Source: Camelus dromedarius
Taxonomy: Eukaryota
Direction of reading: 5' to 3'
Assembly (NCBI RefSeq): GCF_036321535.1
Contig: NC_087437.1
Coordinates: 62,560,001-62,624,000, forward strand
Length of the DNA: 64,000 nt
Shown here: piece by piece, positions 62,818 through 64,000 of the stretch
How positions within the stretch are numbered: position 1 is the stretch's first letter
Layout: each line of letters opens with the position of its first letter
Program-made: the position numbers and the translations under genes
Notes under the pieces: generated by a model
Told to the model about the DNA's origin: nothing
The model's database searches: none
Seen by the model: the letters and a program-made list of their open reading frames with translations, nothing else

Positions 62818-63409
62818 GTAAGCCAGTGGGAAGTTGGAAATAGAAAAATGATCAGGCTTCGGGGTCCAGTTGTGTTCAAACAGCCGACAAAAGCCCACTG
62901 ACATGTTTGGAATTGAAAACAAAGGCAAAATGTGATCGCAGGCAGTATTTGCCCAATCCTGGATGCCCTGCACAGAGCCCTGTGCCAGACCCGGGTTAGG
63001 AGGCTTACAGGCAGGCGCTCAGTGCAGCATCAGCAGGAAGTCTGGATGGTCTGGACACAGTCCCGGAGAGGACCCCAAGCGCTCAGTCTGTCACAGATCT
63101 GTGTGTGTGAGTCTCGGGTCCCCAAGCAAACTGCTTGCTCCCGAAGGATGGAGCACTGAGTCAGTGCCCCTGAATCCCCAGTTAGTTTCTGTTAAAGCTG
63201 GAAGGGACTGTAGAGACCATCTGATGCAGCCCCTCCTTGCAGAGACAGACAGAAAGCTCTGGGAAGGGAGGGCCCTTCCCAGGCCTGCAGGTTCGAGGCA
63301 GCCAGGCCTGCAGCACAACAGCACTGACCCGAGAAGGGCCCCCAGCCCTGACTCTGCATGTTTGAACAAATGAACTAACGCACGTCCTCTGGCCTCCCCT
63401 GTTCTGCAG

Positions 63410-63505
63410 GCCTCGAACCCTCTGTACAGAAAGCCCATCTCCACACACACCGTGGACTTCACCTTCAACAAGTTCAACAAATCCTACAACGGCACAGTGG
63501 ACTGA
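63410..63505 (+). CDS. ITGB5: Integrin beta-5 terminal coding exon 15, cytoplasmic tail and stop
   Basis: ctgcag|GCC. Encodes [31 protein letters not shown], with TGA at 63503-63505; NPLY and NKSY motifs. Confidence 0.97.
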
Positions 63506-63915
63506 CGGTGCCTCCTCCTCAAAGGGCCGGAGGGGCACGTGCTCAGGTTAGAGGCGGACACGCTGGGACAGCTGCTCAGCCTGCTCACGGCTCCCTGCAC
63601 GGCCAAGCACGGTGACCTTCCAGTGGGCCTGGCCGAGGAGCCCACAGCTGCACAGCAAGGCGCCCGGCCGCGCCACCTGGCCACCCCTCCGAGCCTGGCG
63701 CCGGCCAGGGACTTTGGCGCTCTCGACTTTCCTCACCACATCTGGCTCGTGGTCTCAGTGAACTGCTGAGACACTGGGCTGCCTCTCCCTCCAGCCTGGC
63801 CAGAGGGGAAGGCTCTTGGGAGCGTCAGTGTAAAACACCGACAGACACAGTCTTAGCTTTTCTCGTGTTGATCATTTTTATATGAAATAAAAAGATCGTG
63901 CATTTATGGTATAGT
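63506..63915 (+). other. ITGB5: ITGB5 3' UTR up to a probable proximal cleavage site (the UTR may extend beyond the window)
   Basis: Follows the stop codon and ends shortly after AATAAA; the exact cleavage site cannot be read from sequence. Confidence 0.7.
63886..63891 (+). terminator. Polyadenylation signal AATAAA
   Basis: Canonical hexamer about 380 nt after the stop, preceded by a U-rich element (tttttatat). Confidence 0.7.
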
Positions 63916-64000
63916 CCTGATTCCTGAGAATTACCTGCCTGGTGTCTGCCTCGCACATGGGCGTTGGTGATGGGATTATTGAGACGCCGGTTGAAGGCAC

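Noticed and set aside
2887..63163. Scattered single AP-1/ARE heptamers (for example 4154, 4977, 16250, 55087)
   Set aside because: 7-mers occur several times by chance in 64 kb; only the clustered instance at 21930 was kept.
63497..63524. 28-nt GT...AG micro-intron removing the stop codon
   Set aside because: Far below the minimal mammalian intron length, with a poor donor (GTGGAC).
1..64000. Several hundred short ORFs in the six-frame track
   Set aside because: Apart from those overlapping ITGB5 exons, they have no recognisable domains, often start at GTG/TTG and fall in repeats or GC-rich intron. This is expected noise in mammalian DNA.

Overview
Mammalian genomic DNA holding the 3' part of the integrin beta-5 gene (ITGB5) on the + strand. 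There are ten coding exons (6-15 by human numbering, recalled rather than computed). All have GT-AG boundaries and consistent phases, and they run from the C-terminal half of the beta-I domain through the hybrid, I-EGF, beta-tail, transmembrane and cytoplasmic (NPLY) regions to TGA at 63503-63505. An AATAAA follows at 63886. The window starts inside the long intron upstream of exon 6. The introns carry old mammalian repeats (MIR, L2, L3/CR1, L1M, MLT1, MER5/MER45), two ERV1-class solo LTRs and one tRNA-derived SINE that looks like camelid Vic-1, so the source is probably a camel or alpaca. Almost all entries in the ORF track are non-coding noise. I found no convincing new multi-gene system. 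The best leads are regulatory or isoform hypotheses: an intragenic CpG island with RUNX/AP-1/CRE motifs and a splice donor, a UGA-CGG stop followed by an 87-codon open frame, a sense MER41-like LTR, four co-oriented FOX:ETS motifs, and a 28-bp CG palindrome in a Z-DNA-prone tract. Repeat family names come from recalled consensus similarity, and repeat boundaries are approximate.
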